Positions 8,888-19,874 of a stretch of 64,000 nt of DNA are shown here, piece after piece. A program made the translations under genes and the position numbers. Location: positions 153,414 through 217,413 of IMG/VR virus record IMGVR_UViG_3300023174_000046; one strand, written 5' to 3'. Position 1 is the stretch's first letter, and each line of letters begins with the position of its first letter. The notes under the pieces were generated by a model that saw only the letters and a program-made list of their open reading frames with translations, made no database searches and was not told the DNA's origin.

Positions 8888-10663
8888 ATGGCAACAGAAG
8901 GCTCAGGTGGATTCGGAAGACAACTATATAAGTTTATTAGCAATAAACTGCCTTATACTTCTTATAATATTCTCGATAAATTTGATGAGTTGAACCCAAA
9001 GTTTAAATTGTTCCACGATCAAGGAACATCCAGGCAGGAAGCTTTGCAAAGACAGAGCATTTCTTCTTCTACAAGTTACGGTGATGATCAAGTTGCGAAT
9101 GTGATGCGCGAATCGCAATTCTATCAATACATGTACGCAAACGTACAAACTGATAAACCTAAGCGCATGATGGATTACAGAATCATGGCAGCATTTTCAG
9201 AAGTTGCAGATGCATTGGATGAGATTTGTGATGAGTGTGTTAATAAGAATGATAAAGGTGAAATTGTTAAACTTACTTTTAATGTTTCAGAAGATTTTGA
9301 AGCAACAGTAAAGGAAAGTCTTTCACGTGAATTTGACCGCTACATCAATTACTTTAACCTTGAAGCTAATGGTTGGGAATATTTTAGAAGAATGCTTGTT
9401 GAAGCTGAGTTATATTTTGAGCATGTTATTCATAAAAGATTTCCACAAGAAGGTGTTCTGGGTGTTGTATCTGTTCCAAGTGAATTAATTGATCCTATCT
9501 TTTCTAATGTACAGAACATGCTTGTAAAGGGCTTCTTGCTTAGAAAGCCAATCATGGATCCACAAAATCCTCTTAAGATTAAAGACTACAAGATGATCCC
9601 GATGGACAAGAATCAGATAACATATATCAATTCTGGTATATGGAACGAAAATAAGACGCTCCGTCTTCCATTCATTGAGAATGCTCGTCGTGCTTATCGT
9701 CAGTTATCTTTGATTGAAGATTCAATCGTAATTTATAGATTAGTTAGAGCACCAGAACGTTTGATCTTTAATGTGGATGTGGGTAACATGTCGCCACCAA
9801 AAGCTGAGGCTTATCTGCGCAAGCTCATGAGCAATTATTGGTCCAAGAGAACATTTGATATTGACCAGAGTGCAACTGTGCAGAAGTTTAACCCACAATC
9901 AATGTTGGATAGCTTCTGGTTTGCCAAGCGTGCTGGCAGCGATGGTACCAATGTTACCTCGTTACCTGGTGGTCAGAATCTCGGTGAGTTGACTGACTTG
10001 ATGTACTTTGTTAAGAAACTCTATAAAGCTCTTAAAGTACCAACTACAAGATTGAATCCAGAAGATCAATACCAAGGTGGTGAAAATATTCTTCGTGAAG
10101 AGTTAAAGTTTGCAAAATTTGTTGTACGGTTGCAACAGAGATTTGCTTTAGGTTTGAAGAACGGTTTTATTACACATCTAAAGCTTAAAGAGTTGTGGGA
10201 CAAGCATAAACTCAAAGAACATCACCTCGATCTCACTTTTAACCCACCATCTAACTTTTATGAACTCAGAGAACAACAGAAACTCGAACTCAAAGCTAAG
10301 ACATTTAATGATTTCTCTCAAAACGATAGTGTCTCAAAGACTTACGCACAAAAGCGTTATCTTGGATGGACTGAGAAAGAAATTATGGCTAACCGTGAAT
10401 TCTTACGTAAAGATAAAGAATTCTCATGGGAACTTGCACAAATTGAAGCAGCAGGTCCAGCATGGCAAAAAGCTATTGCAGCAGGTGGCGAGCCAGCGGC
10501 TGCAGAAGGTGGTGCTGAAGCCGGTGGTGGTGCGCCTCCCGCGTTTGGACCAGGTACTGCAGCTGTCAGTGGCGGGGCAGAAGCAGGCGCGGCTCCTGAG
10601 GCTCCAGCAGCTGGTGCAGAAGCAGGTGCGGCCGCAGCAACTCCTGAAGCACCTGCAGCATAA
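8888..10663 (+). CDS. gp20: Portal vertex protein, T4 gp20-like
   Basis: EDSIVIYRLVRAPERLIFNVDVGNM, LPGGQNLGE, KLYKALKVP, REELKFAKFV. Confidence 0.96.
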   Translation: MATEGSGGFGRQLYKFISNKLPYTSYNILDKFDELNPKFKLFHDQGTSRQEALQRQSISSSTSYGDDQVANVMRESQFYQYMYANVQTDKPKRMMDYRIMAAFSEVADALDEICDECVNKNDKGEIVKLTFNVSEDFEATVKESLSREFDRYINYFNLEANGWEYFRRMLVEAELYFEHVIHKRFPQEGVLGVVSVPSELIDPIFSNVQNMLVKGFLLRKPIMDPQNPLKIKDYKMIPMDKNQITYINSGIWNENKTLRLPFIENARRAYRQLSLIEDSIVIYRLVRAPERLIFNVDVGNMSPPKAEAYLRKLMSNYWSKRTFDIDQSATVQKFNPQSMLDSFWFAKRAGSDGTNVTSLPGGQNLGELTDLMYFVKKLYKALKVPTTRLNPEDQYQGGENILREELKFAKFVVRLQQRFALGLKNGFITHLKLKELWDKHKLKEHHLDLTFNPPSNFYELREQQKLELKAKTFNDFSQNDSVSKTYAQKRYLGWTEKEIMANREFLRKDKEFSWELAQIEAAGPAWQKAIAAGGEPAAAEGGAEAGGGAPPAFGPGTAAVSGGAEAGAAPEAPAAGAEAGAAAATPEAPAA

Positions 10664-10671
10664 ATAATTAG

Positions 10672-11748
10672 ATGGAATGCACAGCAGTCACGCCAGTAAC
10701 AGCGTTCGTTAGTACCAATCTTAATAGTAAAATCACTAATTATAATAGATTAGGTGAACGAATTTCACGTGCGCTTGGCGCCCCATTAATCAATCTTGAA
10801 GTACATCAAGATCAACTGTATGAGAACATATCTATTTCTGCAGAAATGTTTACTAAATTTGCTGGTTATACAGAAGAGCTTCTTGTATTTGATTCTGATT
10901 TGTATGTTGATAATGTTGGGTTGAGATTAGATCAATTATATTCTATAACACCATTCTTTAACCGTGTAAATGTTAACGCTAGTGTGGTGTTTATTGCAAA
11001 CACTGCTGTACCGAGCAGTGTATTTTCTGCTTCTTCATCTTTGAGTGCCACTTATGCAAGCGGGTTGTTTACAAATCAAATTCTCAATCAAACATTATAT
11101 GGTGCTATTACTGCGTATAATCTTGCTTTAAGTTCTTACTTTACACCATCTCAACCAAGCACAACACAATACGTTAATAGTTTTGATTATGACATAATGG
11201 ACTACCGCAAGGTAATAGATATTACAGATTTCGAAGAAGGATCAACAACCGGTGTCAATACATTGTTCACTATTGAACAAACTTTAGCTCAACAAACTTA
11301 TTTTAGTTATGCAATGGGCAATTATGGTTTTGATCTTATCAGTTGGGTTGTTCTTAAGAACTGGTTAGATACCCGTGAAAAAGTTTTAGCACAAAGAAGA
11401 TATATTCAATTTGACGATCGTACACAAATGATGACCATGTTCCCACCTCCTCGCACACCTGGAAGTGGTCATCGTTTCTATGGTGTAATTTCTTGCTACG
11501 TGGAAAGACCTCTGCGTGATATTATTAAGGAACCTTGGGTCTATCAATACGCTCTCGCATTGACCAAGATTAACATTGGTCAAGTCCGTGGCAAATATAA
11601 TAACATGAATTTACTTGGTGGTGGTGTGTTGAATTACAACGACATGCTACAGCAAGGTTTAGCCGAAAAGAAAGAATTGGAAGAAAGGCTTTATACAGGT
11701 GCGCCTGGGCTTGGAGATGTTGCTCCACCACAATTCTTCTTGGGCTAA
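10672..11748 (+). CDS. gp13: Neck protein, T4 gp13-like
   Basis: RALGAPLINLEV N-terminus; WVYQYALALTK..IG..RGKY....L.GG.LN C-terminus. Confidence 0.85.
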   Translation: MECTAVTPVTAFVSTNLNSKITNYNRLGERISRALGAPLINLEVHQDQLYENISISAEMFTKFAGYTEELLVFDSDLYVDNVGLRLDQLYSITPFFNRVNVNASVVFIANTAVPSSVFSASSSLSATYASGLFTNQILNQTLYGAITAYNLALSSYFTPSQPSTTQYVNSFDYDIMDYRKVIDITDFEEGSTTGVNTLFTIEQTLAQQTYFSYAMGNYGFDLISWVVLKNWLDTREKVLAQRRYIQFDDRTQMMTMFPPPRTPGSGHRFYGVISCYVERPLRDIIKEPWVYQYALALTKINIGQVRGKYNNMNLLGGGVLNYNDMLQQGLAEKKELEERLYTGAPGLGDVAPPQFFLG

Positions 11749-11749
11749 C

Positions 11750-12202
11750 ATGTTCGTTAAAAACGACAGATACAATCAAGGCATTTACAAGCCGATCAAT
11801 CCACAAAAATACAGAGGCAAAGGATATGCCATATATCGCTCTGGATACGAATTAAAATTCTTCAAATGGTGTGATATGAATTCCAGAGTGCTTGAGTGGG
11901 GTAGCGAGAATTTTGTAATACCATATCTCAATCCTCTGGATAGTAAGTATCATCGATATTTTGTTGATAACTATGTAAAGATCAAATTAGATAACAATAT
12001 AATAGAAAAGTATCTAATAGAGATAAAGCCTTTTAAACAAACGCTTAAACCTGTTAAAGGTAATAAGAAAAATACAACGTTTATCTATGAAGCTAAAACA
12101 TATGTTCAGAACCGTGCTAAATGGGATGCTGCAAAAGCCTTCTGTGATCAAAAGGGTTTTAAGTTTTTAATCATTACAGAGAACGAGCTAAACATTAAAT
12201 AA
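11750..12202 (+). CDS. gp4: Head completion nuclease, T4 gp4-like
   Basis: YKPINPQKYRG, YRSGYE, W.SE..IPY, HRYFVD, EIKP, KWDAA, ITE. Confidence 0.92.
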   Translation: MFVKNDRYNQGIYKPINPQKYRGKGYAIYRSGYELKFFKWCDMNSRVLEWGSENFVIPYLNPLDSKYHRYFVDNYVKIKLDNNIIEKYLIEIKPFKQTLKPVKGNKKNTTFIYEAKTYVQNRAKWDAAKAFCDQKGFKFLIITENELNIK

Positions 12203-12206
12203 TTTA

Positions 12207-12914
12207 GTGAAAGATCGGGCATTTAGCTTTGAAATCAAAGACTTAATGATTCAATTTGTCGCTGCATTCGACAATGTAATTATTAAGAGGTATAATTCTA
12301 TACGTGAAGAGCAAGATCAGATTCAGGTAAGATATGTTTACAGTCCAAAGCAACGTGTTCTATTTGATATTGTAAATAGATCTCAAAATTTAACACTACC
12401 TGTTATTGCTGTATCTATTAATAGTGTGTCACGCGATAACGAAAGAGTCTTCAATAAGATAGCTGGCTTTTATACTAACAAGACACAAACTGAATCAAAC
12501 CGAGGTGCAACATCTGCATACATGCGCACACCGGTGCCTGTTAACATATCTGTTAATATGTCTATTCTTGCAAAATATCAAAGTGATATGGATCAAATTA
12601 TTTCTAATTTTGTACCTTATAATGACCCGTACATCATTATAAGTTGGAAGATACCTGAAGCAGCCGGTCTCTCTATTCCTCAAGAAATAAGAAGCGAAGT
12701 ATTATGGGATGGTAATTTGAACATGACATACCCAACAGACATTAACGCATCTGACAAGTATCGTATTTCTGCAGATACTTCATTCACAATTAAAGGTTGG
12801 TTGTTCAAGGATCTATCTAAAAATGCTGTATCAAATATATTCTTTATTGATAATAATTTTAATTTAGATACTAGCTTTAGTTCACTCACATCATTCGATG
12901 CAGATACCAGATAA
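12207..12914 (+). CDS. gp15: Tail sheath stabiliser/terminator, T4 gp15-like
   Basis: F...FDN..I.R, LPVIAV....SRD..R, PVPVNI, DQIISNF.P, FTIKGWLF. Confidence 0.8.
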   Translation: MKDRAFSFEIKDLMIQFVAAFDNVIIKRYNSIREEQDQIQVRYVYSPKQRVLFDIVNRSQNLTLPVIAVSINSVSRDNERVFNKIAGFYTNKTQTESNRGATSAYMRTPVPVNISVNMSILAKYQSDMDQIISNFVPYNDPYIIISWKIPEAAGLSIPQEIRSEVLWDGNLNMTYPTDINASDKYRISADTSFTIKGWLFKDLSKNAVSNIFFIDNNFNLDTSFSSLTSFDADTR

Positions 12915-12919
12915 AGAAA

Positions 12920-14533
12920 ATGATCCTCGAGGCTATAGATGGCAGTATATTAATTGCGCTTGATGATGCAATCTTACTAGATGTAGGAAGTACACCGCCC
13001 GCTCCAGACACAAATTATACAGAACTCCCACAAGGTGAACCTCTTACACTTTCACTTCAAAGTTACAACTTGTTAAGAACCAACGGTGTGTATTTGTGTG
13101 GAGCTGATTATTCATCAGTAACTGATTATTTGAGTACAGGGTTTTTCGATGGTTACGTAAATGTTGAAGATTTTAAAAACACAAAAAGTTTATCTGGGTA
13201 TTTTCCTTCGTTCTCTGCATATAAAATTTCAACAAATGCATACAGAGTAGCAAATAATAATATTATTGATGTAAAGTTACCGCCAGTAGCAATTTCATAC
13301 GATACAGATGCATCGTTTAATATTATTGTAAAAAATACAGGTGGGTATAGTAAGAGCAGGTTATATTACCCAGCTAGCATCGAACCTTCACCAACGCCCA
13401 CACTAACTGTCACACCAACTGTCACACCAACTGTCACACCTACAGTAACGCCATCTGCAACACTCCCACCCCCTTTACCAAAGAAATTGCTTAGCACAGG
13501 AAACAATTTATATGGTCAATTGGGATTGGGCAACAGTGGTGCTAGTACAAGCAGAAACACTCTCACTCCATTGACTGGCAATTGGTTACAGGTCACATGT
13601 GGGTATTGGCACACCATGGCGCTGTCTGCTGGTGCTACAAAATGGTTTAGCGCAGGAAGCAATTTCAGTGGTCAATTAGGATTAGGATTGGAATTTGGTA
13701 ACACCAGAAGCACATTCACTCCATTGACTGGCAATTGGAGTCAGATGGCATGTGGTCACAGCTACACCATGGCACTGTCTGCTGGTACTACTCGGTTGTT
13801 TGGCACAGGACTCAATTCCTTTGGTGGTTTTGGATTGGGTGATACAGTTCGGAGAAACACCTTCACTGCACTGACTGGCAACTGGTCCCAGATGGCATGT
13901 GGTGTGGGTCACACCATAGCATTAAGTGCAGATACAGACAGGTGGTTTATCACAGGAGACAATTTCAGCGGTCAATTAGGCTTAGGTGACAGTGGCAGCG
14001 CTACTGATAGACTCACTTTTATAGCATTGACTGGCAATTGGTCACAAGTCAGATGTGGTGGGTATCACACCATGGCACTGTCTGCTGGTACTACTCGGTT
14101 GTTTGGCACAGGAAACAATAGCAGCGGTCAATTGGGATTGAGCGACACAACTAATAGAAACACTTTCACTGCATTGACTGGCAATTGGTCACAAGTCATA
14201 TGTGGAAGCGAACTTACCATAGCATTAAGTGCAGATACAGACAGGTGGTTTATCACCGGGCGGAATGACAATGGTCAATTGGGATTGGGTGATACAGTTC
14301 AGAGAAACACCTTCACTGCATTGACTGGCAATTGGTCACAGTTTGCATGTGGTAGGTTTCACACCATGGCACTGTCTGCTGGTACCGATGCATGGTTTGG
14401 CACAGGAAACAATAGCAGCGGTCAATTGGGATTGGGTGATACAGTTCAGAGAAACACCTTCACTGCATTGACTGGCAATTGGTTACAATTCATATGTGGA
14501 AGCGAACACACCATGGCATTGAGCGCTACATAA
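12920..14533 (+). CDS. RCC1-repeat beta-propeller protein, probably virion-associated
   Basis: Seven GxNxxGQLGLG...W.Q..CG..HT.ALSA repeats after a PT-rich linker. Confidence 0.85.
   Translation: MILEAIDGSILIALDDAILLDVGSTPPAPDTNYTELPQGEPLTLSLQSYNLLRTNGVYLCGADYSSVTDYLSTGFFDGYVNVEDFKNTKSLSGYFPSFSAYKISTNAYRVANNNIIDVKLPPVAISYDTDASFNIIVKNTGGYSKSRLYYPASIEPSPTPTLTVTPTVTPTVTPTVTPSATLPPPLPKKLLSTGNNLYGQLGLGNSGASTSRNTLTPLTGNWLQVTCGYWHTMALSAGATKWFSAGSNFSGQLGLGLEFGNTRSTFTPLTGNWSQMACGHSYTMALSAGTTRLFGTGLNSFGGFGLGDTVRRNTFTALTGNWSQMACGVGHTIALSADTDRWFITGDNFSGQLGLGDSGSATDRLTFIALTGNWSQVRCGGYHTMALSAGTTRLFGTGNNSSGQLGLSDTTNRNTFTALTGNWSQVICGSELTIALSADTDRWFITGRNDNGQLGLGDTVQRNTFTALTGNWSQFACGRFHTMALSAGTDAWFGTGNNSSGQLGLGDTVQRNTFTALTGNWLQFICGSEHTMALSAT
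13490..14530 (+). repeat. Seven ~150-nt tandem RCC1-coding repeats
   Basis: Recurrent TGACTGGCAA(T/C)TGG and CACCATGGCACTGTCTGCTGGT blocks. Confidence 0.85.
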
Positions 14534-14606
14534 TAATTGTATAGTTTCTTAAATGGTCTTTAATTTTAGACAAGTTATTCGTAAGGAATTTTAATAAATA
14601 TATACA

Positions 14607-17600
14607 ATGCCAACGTATAAGAAATTTACAGATTTTAGTCTTGTAACTGCACCTGCAGACGCAGATTTCATAGTGGGCTACAAGGCAGATGCATCTGCGG
14701 AGCAACGCACCACAGTGAATGATTTGCTCAGTACAAGTCTTGCCTCCAAAGGTGTATTTTTACAGGGTGACCTAAGTGTTGCAATTGGTGGTGATGGTAA
14801 CACGGTCAATTCACAATGCATGGCCATTGGTGACGCAAATGTTGCTCAGGGGCTCAATTCTTTGGCTCAGGGTTATTCCAATGTTACAGCTTTACTGTAC
14901 AGCACTGCTATGGGCTATAACAACAAAGCAACAGGTGATGTGGCATTTGCACAAGGTGATTCCAATCAGGCCACAGGTGAAGCCAGCTTTGCACAAGGCA
15001 CTCTCAACATTGCAGAAGGTACAGACAGTCAAGCACAAGGCTTCCGCAACATTGCTTCAGGTCCTTATTCACATGCACAAGGCTACAACAATTGCACTGG
15101 AGGCTATGTGACCGGTAACATTTCATATGGTGCTGCACATGCACAAGGTGGTTACAATGTGGTGGCCATTCCACTTGCACATGCACAAGGTTTTGCAAAC
15201 AAAATTGGTTATTATGAATATGCAGATTGGTATGCAACCAACCCACCTCGCCTGGGATTTGGTTACAGTGACCGAACTTTATCCGGTTTGAATGTGTATG
15301 GTTTGAACAATCCTGCATTGAGTTCTTCTGTGCGATTGTTTTTCATTGGTGACAATGGTATCAATACATATTCTGCCTGTGTTTCCTGCACACAGGCCAA
15401 TTACTATGATCCATTTAGTCAAACAACTGGATTTACAATTTTCTTAAAAAATGATGCATCTGCTGTATTGCCTGCAGACGACTACTATAGTCCTTCAATC
15501 ATATGTGTGCCTATCACAGCATATGATGGATCCACCAGTTTCAGTAACTTTGGTGTTGCAGCTTATGCACAAGGCCTTCAAAATGTTGTAGCTGGTAATT
15601 ACGCATATGCGCAAGGAATTAGCAATACAGCTCAAGGATATGCCAGCCATGCAGCAGGTTATGCCAGTAGCACAGGACCAAATGCAGTATATGCTTTTGC
15701 ACATGGTTACAATTGCATAGCTTATGGTCGTTATAGCCATGCCATAGGCATAAAAGCATATGCACAGCATGATAACAGTTATGTGTGGAATTCTGATCCA
15801 AATCCTACAGGAAATTATTTTACTTCATCTCTGAGTGCACAATACAGTGTGAATGCACCCGGTGGCATTGTGCTCAGTGGAGGCAACACATCAGTGCAAG
15901 GGTTGGTAGTTAAGAATGGAAATAATATAGTTGCAGAACTTACTGATGGGACCAAAAACTGGATCTATGGTGGTTTAAGCGCCAGCACATTGTTTGGTTA
16001 TGGCAACAGTGCAGGCTTTTTCTATAGAGGCATAGGTCTTGCCACTGGCAATGTAGCTGTTAGTATCAATGGTGTTGCAAATTATGCTAATAGTGGGATC
16101 ACAGATATTAATGGGGCATATAATTTTGTTTATAGTGATCTAGGCAGAGTTTCTGGTATTTCAAATGTGTTGGGTATGGAGAGTGGATCTGTGGAAGGAG
16201 CCCTCAACACAGTTGGTTCACCTTTTACCATATCAAGAATAGTTTCAGCTTCAAATACCATATTTGTTCATTCTACTTTCATAAACAACAATACCAATAG
16301 TTTTTATTTTAGACCTAATCAAGTCATACAGATAGATGGCATAGTGGGCAATACTTATAATAACTCAGCTGCCAGCAGAGTAAACACCCGCTTCACAGTT
16401 GTATCATCTGACACAACAGCCAGATCAATTACTGTTGTTGAATCTGTAACAGCAATGCAAGATTACCGAGACAATCAGCCATTTACCGATCAAAGATATG
16501 TTGTGGCAGTACAAGGCCGTAATACAAGCAATACTTTAAATGTAGCGGGTGCTCATGCTGAGGGTATGGGTAATACGGTTTTTAGTCGAGCAGGGCATGT
16601 TGAGGGAGAAGCTAATGTAGTTACCGGTTCAGATGGACATGCAGAAAATTTTGGTAATTTTGCTGCCACTGGTGCACATGCAGAAGGTAATGAGAACCGG
16701 GCCGGTTTTGGTGTTCTGTATTTTGATTCCTATAATGCCAGTACAAAGACTTTTCAGTTGTTTACAAACTTTCTCAGCGCACATAACACCATTGATCTTC
16801 CTCTCACACCAAACTCTACTCTGTATTTTATTAATGTAGCTGCTGGCGCTTCAAACAAAAGAAAATTTACTAGATTTTTGGTGCTTTCATCAGATCCAGC
16901 GCTCAACACAGTAACAGCTTTATCAGCTGTGTATCCTGATGACATACCTAGTTCAGGAGTTTCTACATTGACCCGTGCAAAACAATTGCTTCAATCACTC
17001 AATAGTTATACACATGCAGAAGGATCATTCAATAATGCAAAAGGTCCATCAAGCCATGCAGAAGGTGCATTTACTATAGCTCAAGGATCTTATTCACATG
17101 CTGCAGGTGTCAATGCAACTGCCAAGCAAGATTATACATATGCATGGAGTAGCAATGATGGTGCTGGTCCTCAAAGCAATCGTAAGAACACAGAAACAAC
17201 TCGCACTGGCCAATACATGGTGTCAGCACATGGCGGCATATTCTTCCCTGGCAAAGTGGGCATTGGCACTGATAGCATAGAAAATGCATTAACTGTAGCT
17301 GGTACCATATCTGCTACTACCATAACAGCAGATAGCATTTCATACAATGGTGCAGGGTTCAATACATTACCCACATACAAAACTTACCAAGTCAATTTAG
17401 CTGCTAAAAATTCTGCATGGCCTGTCATTTCAGCTGCACAGCTAGCTGAAACTGGTTACTATGATAGTGGTGCTGCATATGCCATGCCTGGCGGTCTTGT
17501 CATCAAAGGTCATTCACCTGCTTACAACACCAGCATTCAAAACTTACCTGGTTATGGCACATACGGCATGTGGCTTCAAGGTGTAGATCAAATGGATCCA

Positions 17601-19304
17601 GGTACCACTTTTGTGAGTGATGGGCGTGCTGCAGTAACTCATGCCATGACATTCCGAGCAGGTATCAATAACTTTACCGGGGGATCAGATCATAATCACG
17701 TGCAATGGCAAGGCGCCCCTTCCAATCCTACCCAAGCATGGCAAATGACCAATGGTGGATCAACAAGTGTTTATGGTTATGGTGCCAATACATATTCACA
17801 AAGATTTCTTGTACATACACTGCCACAATATCAAATCAGTACCACCATTGCAGCTGTTAGCGGTTTCCTTGACACTCAATCAGCTACCCTTGGTGCAGAT
17901 TCAGATACACTGTCAGGAGTTAAACTTATTCTTGATACTACTGCTGGAGTAGGCAATTATGGGTTAATTAATGTGGGAGAGGTGGTTGGGTTTGTAGTTA
18001 ATCCGGGATTGGTAGGCTTGGTTGCTGCAGCTTACGAAACACAATGCACATTAATTTCATCCAATAACACTGGTACATTATCGACATTTCAATTTAATTT
18101 CTTTATTGGTAACGGTGACAACTGGAGCTCTGCAAACAGAGGTATTCAACCAGTTAATTTAAAATCTAGAGCTGAAGGAGGCAATCCAGGCGTAAATCAA
18201 GTTACAAGTCAAATTGGTACCCCCAGCACACAGTACATAGGTCTCACCGGCAGTTACAGAGGCATGAACAAGCATTGCTTAGCCCGCTTCACTACAGGTG
18301 ATATTTTAACTGGCTTCAAGCCAGGCTCTCCTCTCACATTGTGGGTACCTAAGAGCATGCCATCATCTTCTCCAATTGGCTCTGGTTTCATCACATCTGA
18401 TAAAATTTCAACCTTTGCACAAGGCACATTCCCCACTGGTGTGCGCACAGGTTATTTTGATGCTTATGTAGTGAATGTGAGTGGTGGAGACATGGAATTT
18501 GCTTTGTGTAACTTGATGGATTCATATGGATTTGAAAACAGGTCTTGGCCCATATCTGCTGCTGGAAATGCGGGGTGGTTGTTGTACGGTGGCACACAAG
18601 ACACAGTGCATAGACCCACATTTGGTACTGCTGGTTTTTATTTTGAAAGAGAACCTTGGTACTTTTCTGGCCCGGATTATAACTACCTAAGCGGTGGCAT
18701 GGTCAAGTGTGTTGGCTTAGGTAACTCAGAGGTGTATGGTGATTACTCTTATGGCTTGGGTTACCGTGGTGCTGTGTTAGGTAAGAAGTCCGGTACATTT
18801 GCAGGTGATTACAATGCAGTATTTGGTGATAATTCAGTAGCCATCGGTGGCAGTAATTTAATCTCTACAAGTGGCAATCAGGTAGTCATTGGCACGTATA
18901 ACAACCCCAACACCAATTCATTGTTTGTAGTTGGCAGCGGCGCATCAGATAAAAATAGAAAGAATGTATTTGAAGTAAAAGGAAATGGAGACACTACACA
19001 GTCTGGATTTAATATTAGAAGTTTCTCTCTTATTGCTGCTGCTGGTAGCAATCAAGCAACTGCTACAGAAATAACAACAGAAATTGTTACTGTTACCGGA
19101 GGTACCGGTGGTGTTAGATTGCCTGTTACAAATGGAGGTCATTACATAACATTAAATAATAGAAACATAGCTTTCTCACTTTACCCTCCCGTAGGTGGTA
19201 TAATCATAGATCAGAGTATTGGTGTTAATCAACCATATGTTAGCCAGTGGTTCGGTAGCTTGATTATGTATTCGATTAGCGCTAATACCTGGGCACTTTA
19301 CTAA
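14607..19304 (+). CDS. Long tail fibre/adhesin with YadA-head-like repeats
   Basis: SHAQG/SHAEG repeats, GKVGIGT motif, LFVVGSG...RKNVFEV; late TAAATA at 14595. Confidence 0.8.
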   Translation: MPTYKKFTDFSLVTAPADADFIVGYKADASAEQRTTVNDLLSTSLASKGVFLQGDLSVAIGGDGNTVNSQCMAIGDANVAQGLNSLAQGYSNVTALLYSTAMGYNNKATGDVAFAQGDSNQATGEASFAQGTLNIAEGTDSQAQGFRNIASGPYSHAQGYNNCTGGYVTGNISYGAAHAQGGYNVVAIPLAHAQGFANKIGYYEYADWYATNPPRLGFGYSDRTLSGLNVYGLNNPALSSSVRLFFIGDNGINTYSACVSCTQANYYDPFSQTTGFTIFLKNDASAVLPADDYYSPSIICVPITAYDGSTSFSNFGVAAYAQGLQNVVAGNYAYAQGISNTAQGYASHAAGYASSTGPNAVYAFAHGYNCIAYGRYSHAIGIKAYAQHDNSYVWNSDPNPTGNYFTSSLSAQYSVNAPGGIVLSGGNTSVQGLVVKNGNNIVAELTDGTKNWIYGGLSASTLFGYGNSAGFFYRGIGLATGNVAVSINGVANYANSGITDINGAYNFVYSDLGRVSGISNVLGMESGSVEGALNTVGSPFTISRIVSASNTIFVHSTFINNNTNSFYFRPNQVIQIDGIVGNTYNNSAASRVNTRFTVVSSDTTARSITVVESVTAMQDYRDNQPFTDQRYVVAVQGRNTSNTLNVAGAHAEGMGNTVFSRAGHVEGEANVVTGSDGHAENFGNFAATGAHAEGNENRAGFGVLYFDSYNASTKTFQLFTNFLSAHNTIDLPLTPNSTLYFINVAAGASNKRKFTRFLVLSSDPALNTVTALSAVYPDDIPSSGVSTLTRAKQLLQSLNSYTHAEGSFNNAKGPSSHAEGAFTIAQGSYSHAAGVNATAKQDYTYAWSSNDGAGPQSNRKNTETTRTGQYMVSAHGGIFFPGKVGIGTDSIENALTVAGTISATTITADSISYNGAGFNTLPTYKTYQVNLAAKNSAWPVISAAQLAETGYYDSGAAYAMPGGLVIKGHSPAYNTSIQNLPGYGTYGMWLQGVDQMDPGTTFVSDGRAAVTHAMTFRAGINNFTGGSDHNHVQWQGAPSNPTQAWQMTNGGSTSVYGYGANTYSQRFLVHTLPQYQISTTIAAVSGFLDTQSATLGADSDTLSGVKLILDTTAGVGNYGLINVGEVVGFVVNPGLVGLVAAAYETQCTLISSNNTGTLSTFQFNFFIGNGDNWSSANRGIQPVNLKSRAEGGNPGVNQVTSQIGTPSTQYIGLTGSYRGMNKHCLARFTTGDILTGFKPGSPLTLWVPKSMPSSSPIGSGFITSDKISTFAQGTFPTGVRTGYFDAYVVNVSGGDMEFALCNLMDSYGFENRSWPISAAGNAGWLLYGGTQDTVHRPTFGTAGFYFEREPWYFSGPDYNYLSGGMVKCVGLGNSEVYGDYSYGLGYRGAVLGKKSGTFAGDYNAVFGDNSVAIGGSNLISTSGNQVVIGTYNNPNTNSLFVVGSGASDKNRKNVFEVKGNGDTTQSGFNIRSFSLIAAAGSNQATATEITTEIVTVTGGTGGVRLPVTNGGHYITLNNRNIAFSLYPPVGGIIIDQSIGVNQPYVSQWFGSLIMYSISANTWALY

Positions 19305-19347
19305 ACAAAAGCTTGACTACATTGAACGTTCCTTTATAATGGGAACA

Positions 19348-19848
19348 ATGAAATCAAAAGTACTTACTTGTATTGTGTCTGGTATTGAGAAGCGGGTGTC
19401 TGGCAGTACCATGAACAAACAATCATTAAAGTTTGGCAATGAAGAACAGTTTGAAAGTCATTTTGTTTGTCGAGAAGCCAAGCAACTACTCAAGAAACGC
19501 ATTCAACCTGATCAAGTACAAGCACAATTGCTTCCCAAAGGCAAAAGACCATTCAGTATTGATCTAGTAGCATTGGCTCGTCTCAAGCTTCTCAAGAAAC
19601 CCAAGTCAGAAAAAAGCAAAGCCAGTACTAATATTGTTTTTGAGCCAACAGGGCCCAGAGAATTTGATAGCTTTCGCGCTTATGTGGAAGAAATGACTGG
19701 TGGCAAGAATCGCTGTCAAGTGGTGCAAGGCGGCACATGCATTCGACCAGACATTTATTATGATAATGAATTCAGTAAGCAGGGCAATTGTTACACCTGC
19801 ACATACAAAGAGTTTTGTTTGTGTGCCAATAAAAAAGTGTTGATGTAA
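19348..19848 (+). CDS. Hypothetical protein, LxCIVxG family with Cys-rich C-terminus
   Basis: TTGACT-16-TATAAT then ATG 19348; paralog of 48017..48319. Confidence 0.7.
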   Translation: MKSKVLTCIVSGIEKRVSGSTMNKQSLKFGNEEQFESHFVCREAKQLLKKRIQPDQVQAQLLPKGKRPFSIDLVALARLKLLKKPKSEKSKASTNIVFEPTGPREFDSFRAYVEEMTGGKNRCQVVQGGTCIRPDIYYDNEFSKQGNCYTCTYKEFCLCANKKVLM

Positions 19849-19874
19849 AGCACTTTTACCGGTATAATACTTGT

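Noticed and set aside
10480-10660. GC-rich insert at the portal 3' end
   Set aside because: It encodes an Ala/Gly/Glu/Pro low-complexity tail in frame, with no sign of a mobile element.
13490-14530. CRISPR array
   Set aside because: Repeats are in-frame RCC1 coding units without unique spacers, and no cas genes are present.
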